NCBI GenBank assembly: GCA_963785725.1
Contig: CAWAWS010000039.1
Coordinates: forward strand, 608,001-672,000
From: an uncultured delta proteobacterium
GTDB taxonomy: Bacteria > Myxococcota_A > Polyangia > Palsa-1104
Length of the DNA stretch: 64,000 nucleotides
Reading direction: 5' to 3'
Part shown: in pieces, positions 18,499 to 27,089 of the stretch
How positions within the stretch are numbered: the first letter of the stretch is position 1
Layout of the letters: each line of letters opens with the position of its first letter
The notes under the pieces: generated by a model
The model's input: only the letters and a program-made list of their open reading frames with translations
Told to the model about the DNA's origin: nothing
Databases searched by the model: none
Program-made: the position numbers and the translations under genes

Positions 18499-18698
18499 TT
18501 CACGATGACGGGCGTGCCCGGCTTCACCGCCGAGGTCGCGGCGTGCTCGTAAAAGCGCAGGCCGCCCCAGCGACGGCTCAGGTTGCCTTTGAGCCAGCGC
18601 AGCCACTGACGCGCGCAGGCGCCGCACAATCGCGTTCGTTCCGAATGTCGATGACCGCTGGCTTCGTGATACGGCGTTCCGCAGGCTGAGCAGCGCAT
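18483..18698 (-). CDS. Small putative zinc-binding protein (CxxC...H..H...CxxC)
   Basis: Strong AAGGAGG RBS; MRCSACG...LCGACAR; embedded in the tRNA array. Confidence 0.65.
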   Translation of the reverse strand: MRCSACGTPYHEASGHRHSERTRLCGACARQWLRWLKGNLSRRWGGLRFYEHAATSAVKPGTPVIVKLPSD

Positions 18699-18780
18699 CT
18701 GCGCCTCCTTTCGTGAGCGTTGATTTCAATTGCGAATCAATCGGCTGAATATCGAATCGAATAGCGGTGATTCGATTCGG

Positions 18781-18856
18781 CGGTGCCCCAGCGAGGAGTC
18801 GAACCTCGTTCTCCGGTGCTTCAGACCGGCGCGCGGACCGCATACGCTACCGGGGC
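18781..18856 (-). tRNA. tRNA-Phe(GAA), atypical D arm, ends A-CCG
   Basis: GCCCCGG/CTGGGGC, CCGGT-CTGAAGC-ACCGG and CGAGG-TTCGACT-CCTCG. Confidence 0.8.
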
Positions 18857-18858
18857 AT

Positions 18859-18931
18859 TGGCGCCTGCGACGGGCGTCGAACCGGTTCACTCGATCGACA
18901 ATCGAGCCGCCGGCCGTTGGCGTCCGCAAGC
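18859..18931 (-). tRNA. tRNA-Asp(GTC), CCA encoded
   Basis: GCTTGCG/CGCAGGC-G-CCA and CTCGA-TTGTCGA-TCGAG; T stem has one mismatch. Confidence 0.78.
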
Positions 18932-18933
18932 AA

Positions 18934-19009
18934 TGGGGTGAATAGGGGGATTCGAACCCACCGTCTCGCGGTCCACGGCCGCGCGCTCTGCCATTGAGCG
19001 ATATTCACC
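18934..19009 (-). tRNA. tRNA-His(GTG), G-1:C73, C at position 33
   Basis: GGTGAATA/TATTCACC-CCA, GCTC/GAGC D stem and CGCGG-CCGTGGA-CCGCG. Confidence 0.85.
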
Positions 19010-19022
19010 ATGAAATCATTCG

Positions 19023-19096
19023 TCGGCATGGCGGGCTTCGATCCCGCGACCTCTCGCTCCCGAAACGAGCGCTCTACCAGGCTGAGCTACACGCCG
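19023..19096 (-). tRNA. tRNA-Pro(CGG)
   Basis: CGGCGTG/CATGCCG-A, TAGCTCAGCCTGGTAGAGC and CTCGT-TTCGGGA-GCGAG; T loop ATCGAAG is atypical. Confidence 0.85.
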
Positions 19097-19140
19097 AACA
19101 TTCCCGAAATACGATTCAAAACCTCGGTTAATAAAGCGAT

Positions 19141-19217
19141 TGGCGTACCCCCAAAGGAATCGAGCTTGCTTCGTCCGCTTAACAAGCGGTCGCCATCACC
19201 AGGCCGGCGCGGGGTAC
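19141..19217 (-). tRNA. tRNA-Asn(GTT)-like, degenerate T arm, CCA encoded
   Basis: GTACCCC/GGGGTAC-G-CCA and CCGC-TTGTTAA-GCGG. Confidence 0.65.
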
Positions 19218-19235
19218 GAAGCGCGTGGTTACGCG

Positions 19236-19311
19236 CGGTGCGCGCCGTGGGAATCGAACCCACCTAAAGACGGATTAAGAATCCGCTGCCTCTCCAGTCG
19301 GCTTGGCGCGC
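19236..19311 (-). tRNA. tRNA-Lys(CTT), ends A-CCG
   Basis: GCGCGCC/GGCGCGC, GCGGA-TTCTTAA-TCCGT and GTGGG-TTCGATT-CCCAC. Confidence 0.82.
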
Positions 19312-19384
19312 AGGTGCTCTCGTCGAAACGAGAGCGTTTTCATCACGTCGACTATTCGGTTTTCAATCGTTCCCGACATCAGCG

Positions 19385-19456
19385 AGCGGTCGGCGGGAAT
19401 CGAACCCGCCACTCCGGCCTGGCGAGCCGGCATGTCTCCGACAACACTTCGACCGC
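19385..19456 (-). tRNA. tRNA-Gly(GCC), C at position 33
   Basis: GCGGTCG/CGACCGC-T, CCGGC-TCGCCAG-GCCGG and GCGGG-TTCGATT-CCCGC. Confidence 0.8.
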
Positions 19457-19529
19457 GAGACGCACGACCGCCTTCGCCGTTTCGGATATCGAATCCGAAA
19501 GACGTGAATGAATAACGGTCCAGCGTGGT

Positions 19530-19618
19530 GAAACCCCGAAACGGCGAAGGGCCGGAAACCTCTCGGTTTGCCGGCCCTTTAGTCGATCCCGAAACTACCC
19601 GGATTCGGACTAGGGGCC
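19530..19618 (-). promoter_or_regulatory. Putative transcription attenuator (terminator plus competing antiterminator)
   Basis: Hairpin AAGGGCCGGCAAACC-GAGA-GGTTTCCGGCCCTT (19547-19579) with a T-containing tail. GGCCCCTAGTC (19608-19618, spanning the leader stop codon) can pair with GACTAAAGGGCC (19573-19584). Confidence 0.6.
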
Positions 19619-19759
19619 GTTGGCCTTACCCTCGCGGCGCGCCGGATTGGTGGCGCAATGACCACCAAACTCGAGCACATACAGATCGCCGCCGAGGCGG
19701 GCGCTCGTCGAGCGCGGCGTCAGTCGGTCGTTCCGTAATGGTTTGATTTCGCGCGACAT
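19610..19759 (-). CDS. Putative 49-aa leader peptide
   Basis: AGGA RBS and ATG at 19759; its TAG lies inside the antiterminator arm just upstream of the terminator hairpin. Confidence 0.5.
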   Translation of the reverse strand: MSREIKPLRNDRLTPRSTSARLGGDLYVLEFGGHCATNPARREGKANGP

Positions 19760-19778
19760 GAGAGTTCCTGTGTCCTTG

Positions 19779-19807
19779 GTGCTAAAGGCTTCGCGATTCG
19801 AAGTCAA
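19779..19807 (-). promoter_or_regulatory. Putative sigma-70 promoter of the tRNA/Ro60 operon
   Basis: TTGACT-17 nt-TAGCAC, preceded by an A/T tract resembling an UP element; the -10 match is imperfect. Confidence 0.4.
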
Positions 19808-19995
19808 GGAAAAATAAAAAACAACTCATTTCGTTTCGCCGTCTACGTATATCCAAACCATTTTCGTCATTGGTGAATACTCGATTCAATCGCGCGCTAT
19901 ATTTTCTATTTTGCGGGCGATTGAAGGCGGCGCGCGCCGCAGTCGAGCGCCAATGCGCGGGTGATGTTCGGCATACGAGGCGGGGGATGGCCATG

Positions 19996-20030
19996 AAAAA
20001 GCCGCCGGGCCGACGTGGCCGGGCGGCTTT
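19996..20030 (-). terminator. Intrinsic terminator downstream of the aldo/keto reductase gene
   Basis: AAAAAGCCGCC...GGCGGCTTT GC-rich hairpin flanked by A/T runs. Confidence 0.7.
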
Positions 20031-20042
20031 CGCGATCGGGAA

Positions 20043-20208
20043 AAAGTACCTCGCCCCCGTGATTTTGATGGGTCCCCGGCGAGGATTCGGCGTTCAGGGC
20101 AAGGCGCGACGACGAAGGAATACTGTCTGTATTTCGAGAAGGAGCAACGAAGCCATGGACGTCGAAGACCGGCGCGGACCCGTCGAAATCACTGTGGCGA
20201 GGTACTAG
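20043..20208. mobile_element. 166-bp MITE-like element, copy B (inverted relative to copy A)
   Basis: Reverse complement of 16226-16391 with few substitutions; the left TIR is slightly decayed. Confidence 0.8.
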
Positions 20209-20217
20209 AGGCGACGG

Positions 20218-21256
20218 TTACTTCGTGATGACGCGCGGCTCGCGGTTCTGCCAGTCGACCATCCAGCCCGGGTACTCGGCCGGCAGCGCGCTGGCGTCGT
20301 CGAGCTGCTTGAGCTGCTCGGGCGACAGCTTCACTTCCGTCGCGGCGAGGTTGTCTGCAGCTGCTCCTTGTTCTTCGCGCCGATGATGACGCTGGTGACG
20401 AACGGCCGCGTCAGCTGCCACGCCAGCGCGACGCGCGCGACCGAGATGTTCGTCGCCTTGGCCACCGCGCGCAGCGCCGCCAGCACCTTCGGCAGGCGCT
20501 CGCGATTGACCGGCGGGAAATCGAACGACGCGCGGCGCGCGCCCGTCGGACCGTCGGCGGCCGGCTTGTCGGGGTCGAACTTGCCCGACAAGAGGCCGCC
20601 GGCGAGCGGGCTCCACGGCAGGATCGCGATCGCCTGGTCCTTGGCGAGCGGCACGATCTCGCGCTCGATGTCGCGGCCGGCGATCGAGTAGTACATCTGC
20701 GCGCTCTGGAAGCGGCGCGAGGCCGTGCGCGTCGGCGTAGGCGAGCGCCTTCATCGCCAGCCACGCCGCGCAGGTTGGAGAAGCCGACGTAGCGGGCCTT
20801 GCCGCGCCGCACGACGTCGTCGAGCGCGCGCACCGTCTCCTCGATCGGCGTCTCCGGGTCGAAGCCGTGGATCTGGTAGAGGTCGACGTGATCGAGCCCG
20901 AGCCGGCGCAGGCTGCCGTCGATGCTCGCCAGGATGTGCGCGCGCGAGAGGCCGACCTGGTTCGGTCCCGGGCCCGAGCGACCGCGGACCTTGGTGGCGA
21001 CGACGACCTGCTCGCGCGGGCGCTTGAGCGACGCGAGCGCGCCGCCGAGCAGCGTCTCGGACTCGCCCTCGGAGTAGACGTCGGCGGTGTCGATGAAGTT
21101 GACGCCGGCGTCGAAGGCGCCGCCGACGATGGTCTCGACCTCCTTCTCGCCGAGCTTGCCGACGACCTCCCAGAAGCCTTTGCCGCCGAACGTCATCGTG
21201 CCGAGGCACAGCTCCGAGACGTAGAGGCCGGTCTTGCCGAGAACATGAAATTTCAT
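20218..21256 (-). pseudogene. Aldo/keto reductase with three frameshifts (pseudogene or sequencing error)
   Basis: AKR motifs ([23 protein letters not shown] / [14 protein letters not shown] / DNLAA) are split across three ORFs. Confidence 0.75.
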
Positions 21257-21389
21257 CGCTCGCTCCTTGTGGCTGCCGAGGATGCGCCGGACAAACGCGC
21301 TGCATCGGACGTAAATCGCGATCGCCGGCCGCGCCAGCTAATTCTGCGGCGTGAAATCCTTGCGCGATCAGCGCCGTCCCGACTGTCGG

Positions 21390-24300
21390 TTACGGGTCGG
21401 ATTCGCGCGCGGTCGCGTCTTGCAGCGCCGCTTGCAGCGTCGCCGACTCGACGGGCTTGACCAGATGCGCCGCGAAGCCGGCGGCGCGCGAGCGCTCGCG
21501 ATCTTCGGGCTGGCCGTAGCCGGTGAGCGCGATGAGCCGCGTACGGCGCAGCTGCGGGTGCACGCCGAACTGCGTCGCCAGCTCGAAGCCGTCCATGACC
21601 GGCAGGCCGATGTCGAGGATGGCGATGTCGGGCTCGAACTCGGCGCCGACGCTGAGCGCGGTCGGGCCGTCGAAGGCCGTGCGCACCTGATGCTGGTCGG
21701 CCGCCAACATCTCGGCCAGCAGGTCGGCGGCGTCTTCGTTGTCGTCGACGATGAGGATCTTCTTGGCGCCCGCCCCGCGCTTGAGCGCGCTCGTGGCCTC
21801 CACGGGCGTCGTCGCCGTCGCCCGCGACAGCGGCAGCGTCACCGTCAGCTGCGAGCCTTGGTCGCGGCCGGCGCTCGCCGCCGCCACGGTTCCGCCGTGC
21901 AGCGACACCAAGCTGCGCACGATCGCCAAGCCGAGGCCGAGGCCGCCTTGCGAACGATCGAGCGCTTGCCGCTCTTGCGCGAAGGGCTCGAAGATCTCCG
22001 CCAACATTTGCGGCTCGATGCCGATGCCCGAGTCGCGCACGACCAGCTCCACCGACTCGCCCAGCCGCCGCGCGCTCACGACGATGCGCCCGCCGTTGGG
22101 CGTGTATTTCGCGGCGTTCGTCAGCAGGTTGGCGATGACTTGCGCCAGCCGCGCCGCGTCGGCGTCGACGACGAGCCCGTGCGCCGCGACGTCGACCAGC
22201 AGCTGATGGCGCTGCTGCTCGTACAGCGGGCTGGCCGTCTCGATCGCCTGCGCGACGACCGTGGCCAGCTCGATGGGCGCGCGCCGCAGCTCGATCTTGC
22301 CGCGCGTCACGCGCGAGACGTCGAGCAGGTCATCGACCATCGACACCAGATGCTTGACCTGCCGCTCGATGACCGCGCGCTCGCGCTCGCCGCCGACGTC
22401 GCCGCGCAGCCGCATCAGCTGCAGCGCCGTCAAGATGGGCGCCAACGGGTTGCGCAGCTCGTGGCTCAACATCGCCAAGAACTCGTCTTTGGCGCGATTG
22501 GCCAGCTCGGCCAGCTGGCGCGCGCGCGCCAGCTCGGTCACCTCGAAGGCGACGACGGCGATGCTGCGCACCTCGCTGCCCTGCATCATCGGCTGATAGA
22601 CGATGTCGAAGAAGCGCTCCTGGAGCACGCCGTTGGTCTCGAGCATCGTCCGCAGCGTCCGCGCGCGAAACATCTCGCCCGTCTCACGCACGCGATCGAG
22701 GATCGCCGGGATCTCTTGGCCGTGCAGCTCGGGGATGGCCTGCAAGAGCGTCTTGCCGACGAGCGCACGATTGCCGAGCAGCTCGATATAGGGGGGATTG
22801 GCGAGCTCGAACAGATGATCGGGCCCGCTCAAGATGGCGATGGCCACCGGCGCTTGCGCGAACACCTCGTCGAGCCGGCGCGCCTGCGCCTCTTCGATGG
22901 CGCGAATGCGGCTGCGCATCAGCAGCGAGTCGACGCGCGCCATGAGCTCGCGCGCCGCGAACGGCTTGACCAAGTAGTCGTTCGCGCCCGCGAGCAGCGC
23001 CTCCATGCGCGACTCTTCGCCGGCGCGCGCCGAGAGCATGAGCACCGGGATCGTGCGCGTCGTCTCGTCGCCGGCGAGCGCGCGCAAGAGGCCGAAGCCG
23101 TCCAGCTCCGGCATCATGACGTCGGTGATGACGAGATCGGGGCGGCGATAGGCGATCGCCTCCAGCGCCTGCCGGCCGTTGGCGACGGCGTCGACGTCCC
23201 AGCGCGCACCGAGCAGCCGCTGAATGTATTGGCGCATGTCGGCGTTGTCGTCGGCCAAGAGCACGCGCGGGCGCGCCTCGGGATCGCTGAAGAGCGGCGC
23301 TTCGACGGCGCCCTCTTGCGCTTCGTCGGGCAGCCAGCGCAGCGCCTCTTCGACGTAGGCGTTGCCGTGGCGCGACGTCGTCGGCGTCATCGGCGCGCGA
23401 ATGCGGCCCGCCGGCAAGTGGGCGCGGCCGCGCGGGATGGTCACCGTGAACGTGCTGCCGGCGTCGACTTGGCTCGTGACGGTGATGCTGCCGCCGTGCA
23501 GCTTGACCAGCTCCTGCACCAGCGCGAGGCCGATGCCGGTGCCTTCGTGCGTGCGGCCGGGCGTGCCTTCGACGCGATGGAAGCGCTCGAACAGATGCGG
23601 CAGCTCGCCGGCGGGGATGCCGCTGCCGGTGTCGCGCACGACGAGCCGGACGTCGTCGCCGTCGGCGCGCAGCGTGACCGCGATCTCGCCCTCGAGCGTG
23701 AACTTGAAGGCGTTGGAGAGGAGGTTGAGGACGATCTTCTCCCACATGTCGCGATCGACGAAGACCGGCTCGTCGAGCGGCGGACAATCGACGACGAGCT
23801 GCAGGCCCGCCTTGTCCGTCGCCGAGCGGAAGACGCTCGCCAGATCGGCGGTCAGCTGCGGCAAGTTCGTCGGCTCGTAGGTGGCTTCGACGCGGCCCGC
23901 TTCGATGCGCGAGAAATCCAGCAGCGTATTGACGAGCTTCAACAGCCGCAGGCCGTTGCGATGGACGAGCGCCAGCTGTTCGTGCTGCGACGAGCCCGGC
24001 GCCACCTCCGCCAGCAGCTCGGCGAGCGGCCCCAGCATCAGCGTCAGCGGCGTGCGGAACTCGTGGCTGACGTTGGAGAAGAACGCGGTCTTGGCGCGAT
24101 CGATTTCGGCCAGCGCCTCGGCGCGGCGGCGCTCGTCTTCGTAGGCGCGCGCGTTGGCCAGGCCGGCCGCGATCTGCCCGACGAACAGCTGCATGAAGTC
24201 GCGATAGGCGTCGTCGAAGACGCGATGGGGATTGAGCGCGGCGATGAACGCGCCCGCCGGTCGACTCTGGCCTTGCTGCGCGATCGGCAAGAGGAGCGCG

Positions 24301-25130
24301 CGCGTCGGTGGCACGTCCCACGGCCCGCGCGGCCAGGCGCCGGGCGGCAGATCGATCATCACCGGCGTCGTCGTCGCGGCGAGCAGCGACGCCAACGGCC
24401 AGGGCGCGGCGTCGTCGAGCGGGATGCGCTCGGGCGCGGCGGGATGGGCGCCGTCGAAGCCGCTGCACGACAGGCGCTGCGCCGCGCGGCCGTCCTCGTC
24501 GAACAAGTAGGCGAGGGCGAAGGGCAGGTCGCGGTTGCCACCGCCGAGGCAGCGGGCGACGGCGGCGAACACCTGCGCGTCGGTCTTGGTGCCCGCCAGC
24601 TCGGCGGCGACGTCGCGCACGAGACCGACGCGCCGCTCGCCGATGACGCGATCGGTCTCCTCGGTGACGACGCACAACATGCCGCCGATGTTGCCGTCGT
24701 CGTCGGGCAGCGGGCTATACGAGAACGTGTGATAGGTCTCCTCGGGATAGCCGTTGCGCTCGAGGAAGAGCAGGAGCCCTTCGTCCCACGTCGCCTCGCC
24801 GCGCAAGGCCGCGTCGATGCGCGGGCTCAGCTGCGGGCCGATCTCCTTCCACGCTTCGAAGAAGGGCATGCCGATCGTCGCCGGATGCTTGCCGCCCAGC
24901 GTCGGACGATAGGCGTCGTTGTAGAACATGTGCAGCTCGGGACCCCAGCCCATCCAGATGCTGAAGCGCGTCGTCAGGAGGGTGCGGACGATGGTGCGCA
25001 GGCTGCGCGGCCACTGTCGCGACGGACCGAGCGCGGTCGCCGACCAGTCTTTGGCGCGCATGAGGCGGGCCATCTCACCGTCGCCGGCGAAGAGCGGATC
25101 GCCCGAATCGTCTGCTCGCTCGTCGTTCAA
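21390..25130 (-). CDS. Multi-domain hybrid histidine kinase (PAS/GAF-HK-REC-PAS-HK-REC)
   Basis: SHEFRTPLTL and SHELRNPLAPI H-boxes, two HATPase domains and two REC domains; start uncertain. Confidence 0.92.
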   Translation of the reverse strand: MNDERADDSGDPLFAGDGEMARLMRAKDWSATALGPSRQWPRSLRTIVRTLLTTRFSIWMGWGPELHMFYNDAYRPTLGGKHPATIGMPFFEAWKEIGPQLSPRIDAALRGEATWDEGLLLFLERNGYPEETYHTFSYSPLPDDDGNIGGMLCVVTEETDRVIGERRVGLVRDVAAELAGTKTDAQVFAAVARCLGGGNRDLPFALAYLFDEDGRAAQRLSCSGFDGAHPAAPERIPLDDAAPWPLASLLAATTTPVMIDLPPGAWPRGPWDVPPTRALLLPIAQQGQSRPAGAFIAALNPHRVFDDAYRDFMQLFVGQIAAGLANARAYEDERRRAEALAEIDRAKTAFFSNVSHEFRTPLTLMLGPLAELLAEVAPGSSQHEQLALVHRNGLRLLKLVNTLLDFSRIEAGRVEATYEPTNLPQLTADLASVFRSATDKAGLQLVVDCPPLDEPVFVDRDMWEKIVLNLLSNAFKFTLEGEIAVTLRADGDDVRLVVRDTGSGIPAGELPHLFERFHRVEGTPGRTHEGTGIGLALVQELVKLHGGSITVTSQVDAGSTFTVTIPRGRAHLPAGRIRAPMTPTTSRHGNAYVEEALRWLPDEAQEGAVEAPLFSDPEARPRVLLADDNADMRQYIQRLLGARWDVDAVANGRQALEAIAYRRPDLVITDVMMPELDGFGLLRALAGDETTRTIPVLMLSARAGEESRMEALLAGANDYLVKPFAARELMARVDSLLMRSRIRAIEEAQARRLDEVFAQAPVAIAILSGPDHLFELANPPYIELLGNRALVGKTLLQAIPELHGQEIPAILDRVRETGEMFRARTLRTMLETNGVLQERFFDIVYQPMMQGSEVRSIAVVAFEVTELARARQLAELANRAKDEFLAMLSHELRNPLAPILTALQLMRLRGDVGGERERAVIERQVKHLVSMVDDLLDVSRVTRGKIELRRAPIELATVVAQAIETASPLYEQQRHQLLVDVAAHGLVVDADAARLAQVIANLLTNAAKYTPNGGRIVVSARRLGESVELVVRDSGIGIEPQMLAEIFEPFAQERQALDRSQGGLGLGLAIVRSLVSLHGGTVAAASAGRDQGSQLTVTLPLSRATATTPVEATSALKRGAGAKKILIVDDNEDAADLLAEMLAADQHQVRTAFDGPTALSVGAEFEPDIAILDIGLPVMDGFELATQFGVHPQLRRTRLIALTGYGQPEDRERSRAAGFAAHLVKPVESATLQAALQDATARESDP

Positions 25131-25245
25131 CGGCGAGATTGTAAACACATTTCGAGCCGCTGCGACGCTGGGCCGGCGCAAATATAATAGAGACGCGAGA
25201 TCAGCTGCGGAGCCGCCGCGAGTCGAGCTGCGCTATCTTGTCGGC

Positions 25246-25986
25246 ATGCTCGAGCTTCGCGGTGACGTGGCGTTCCTACGCTTCGACGATGGCAAGGCCA
25301 ACGCCATCGACGAGGCGTTCCTCGACCGGTTGGCCGCGGCCATCGCCGAAGCGGGCGCGGCGCGGGCGCTGGTGTTGACCGGCCGCGCGCGCATCTTCTC
25401 GGCCGGCTTCGCGCTGCCGGCGCTGGTCGGGCGCGATCGGGCGGCCATGCGCGTCTTCATGAACCGCTTTACCGACGTGATGTTGGCCCTCTATGCGGCG
25501 CCGCTGCCGGTCGTCGCCGCCGTGGCCGGGCACGCGCTCGCCGGCGGCTGCGTGCTGGCGCTGTCGGCCGATCGCCGCGTCATGTCCAACCGCGACGCCA
25601 CCATCGGCCTCAACGAAGTGCGCATCGGCATCGGCTTGCCCATCGGCGTCTTGGAGCCGCTGCGCGCGCTGTTGCCGGGGCAGGCGCTGGCGGGGGTCGC
25701 GCTCGAAGGGCGCAGCTTCAGCGGGCCGGACGCGCTCGCCATCGGGCTCGTCGACGAAGCGGTCGAGCCGGCGGACGTCGAGGCCGCGGCCTTGGCGCGC
25801 GCGACGGAGCTGGCGCAGCTCGGCCGCGTCGCCTACGCGCAGGTGAAGCAGGCGCTGCGACAGCCGGTGTTGACGGCGGTGGCGCACGCGCGCGACGCCG
25901 ACATGGAGCGCTGGCTCGACAGCTGGTTCAGCGACGACGGCCAGCGCCAAGTCGGCGCGCTCGTGGCCAAGCTCGCCAAGCGCTGA
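25246..25986 (+). CDS. Enoyl-CoA hydratase/isomerase family protein
   Basis: KANAID, FSAGFAL, GHALAGGCVLAL and GLNEVRIGI motifs. Confidence 0.88.
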   Translation: MLELRGDVAFLRFDDGKANAIDEAFLDRLAAAIAEAGAARALVLTGRARIFSAGFALPALVGRDRAAMRVFMNRFTDVMLALYAAPLPVVAAVAGHALAGGCVLALSADRRVMSNRDATIGLNEVRIGIGLPIGVLEPLRALLPGQALAGVALEGRSFSGPDALAIGLVDEAVEPADVEAAALARATELAQLGRVAYAQVKQALRQPVLTAVAHARDADMERWLDSWFSDDGQRQVGALVAKLAKR

Positions 25987-26025
25987 GCTTGACGGCCCGC
26001 CGGCGGGAGGGGCTACAATTCGAAG

Positions 26026-27072
26026 ATGCCTATCCCAACCGAGTCTATCGGCAGCATCCCGCGACCGGCTACGCTCATCGAAGGCATGACGACGGGGGCC
26101 GCCGACTTGGAGGCGCGCTTCGATGCCGCCGTCGCCGACACGATCGCGCGCTTGGAGGCGCTGGGCGCGCCCGTCATCAGCGACGGCGAGCAGCGCAAGC
26201 CCAGCTTCGCCACCTATCCGCTGCAAGGCGCCACCAACCTGCGCGGCGATGGCGTCGTCATCCCGTTCGCCGACGGTCACACGCGGCAGCTGCCGGTGCT
26301 GACGGCGGGGCCGTTTCGCTATCGCACCTACGCGGCCGAGTATTTACAGCAGGCGCTCAAGCACGCGCATCGGCCGATCAAACAGGCGGTGATCGCGGCC
26401 TCGGCCATGAGCTTGCTCTATCCGCAGGAGCCGCTGAACGGCTACTCACGCGAGGCGTTCCTCGACGATCTCGTGGCCGAGGCCGAGCTCGATATTCGCC
26501 GCTGCCTGAACGCCGGCGCCGACAGCGTGCAGCTCGACTTCACCGAAGGTCGCTTGGCGGTGAAGCTCGACCCGTCGAAGGGGCTGCTCAATGCCTTCGT
26601 CGATCTCAACAATCGCGTGCTCGCGCGCTTTTCGGCCGATGAGCGGCGCAAGATCGGCGTGCACACCTGCCCGGGCGGCGATCGCGACTCCACGCACAGC
26701 GCCGACGTCGATTATGCCGAGCTCTTGCCGAGCCTGTTTCGGCTGAACGTCGGACGCTTCTACGTGCAGCTGGCGAGCGAAGCCAATCCCACGCGCGTGC
26801 TCGACATCTTGAAGACCTACGCGCAGCCGGGGCGGATCATCTTCGTCGGCGTCATCGATCCCATCAACCCCGCGATCGAGACGGCGGAGCTGGTGCGCGA
26901 TCGGATTCTGGCGGCGGCCAAGGCGATCGATCCCAGCCTGCTCGGCAGCACCGACGACTGCGGCTTCGCGCCCTTCGGCGACGACGTGTCGACTTCGCGC
27001 GAGACGGCGTTCGCCAAGATTCGCGCGCGCATCGAAGGCAACGCGCTGGCGTCGCAGGCGCTCGGCGTCTAA
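26026..27072 (+). CDS. Cobalamin-independent methionine synthase II family protein
   Basis: TESIGSIPRP, SDGEQRK, HTCPG and DDCGF zinc-ligand motifs. Confidence 0.88.
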   Translation: MPIPTESIGSIPRPATLIEGMTTGAADLEARFDAAVADTIARLEALGAPVISDGEQRKPSFATYPLQGATNLRGDGVVIPFADGHTRQLPVLTAGPFRYRTYAAEYLQQALKHAHRPIKQAVIAASAMSLLYPQEPLNGYSREAFLDDLVAEAELDIRRCLNAGADSVQLDFTEGRLAVKLDPSKGLLNAFVDLNNRVLARFSADERRKIGVHTCPGGDRDSTHSADVDYAELLPSLFRLNVGRFYVQLASEANPTRVLDILKTYAQPGRIIFVGVIDPINPAIETAELVRDRILAAAKAIDPSLLGSTDDCGFAPFGDDVSTSRETAFAKIRARIEGNALASQALGV

Positions 27073-27089
27073 GCGATCCGCGACGGCGG

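Noticed and set aside
18726..19515. Short ORFs overlapping the tRNA array
   Set aside because: They overlap well-formed cloverleafs and lack RBSs or recognisable motifs.
19870..20208. 112-aa ORF as a transposase for the MITE
   Set aside because: It simply reads through the terminator and the MITE and has no DDE or HUH motif.
15463..20208. Prophage or integrative element carrying tRNAs
   Set aside because: No integrase, phage structural genes or att-like direct repeats were seen.
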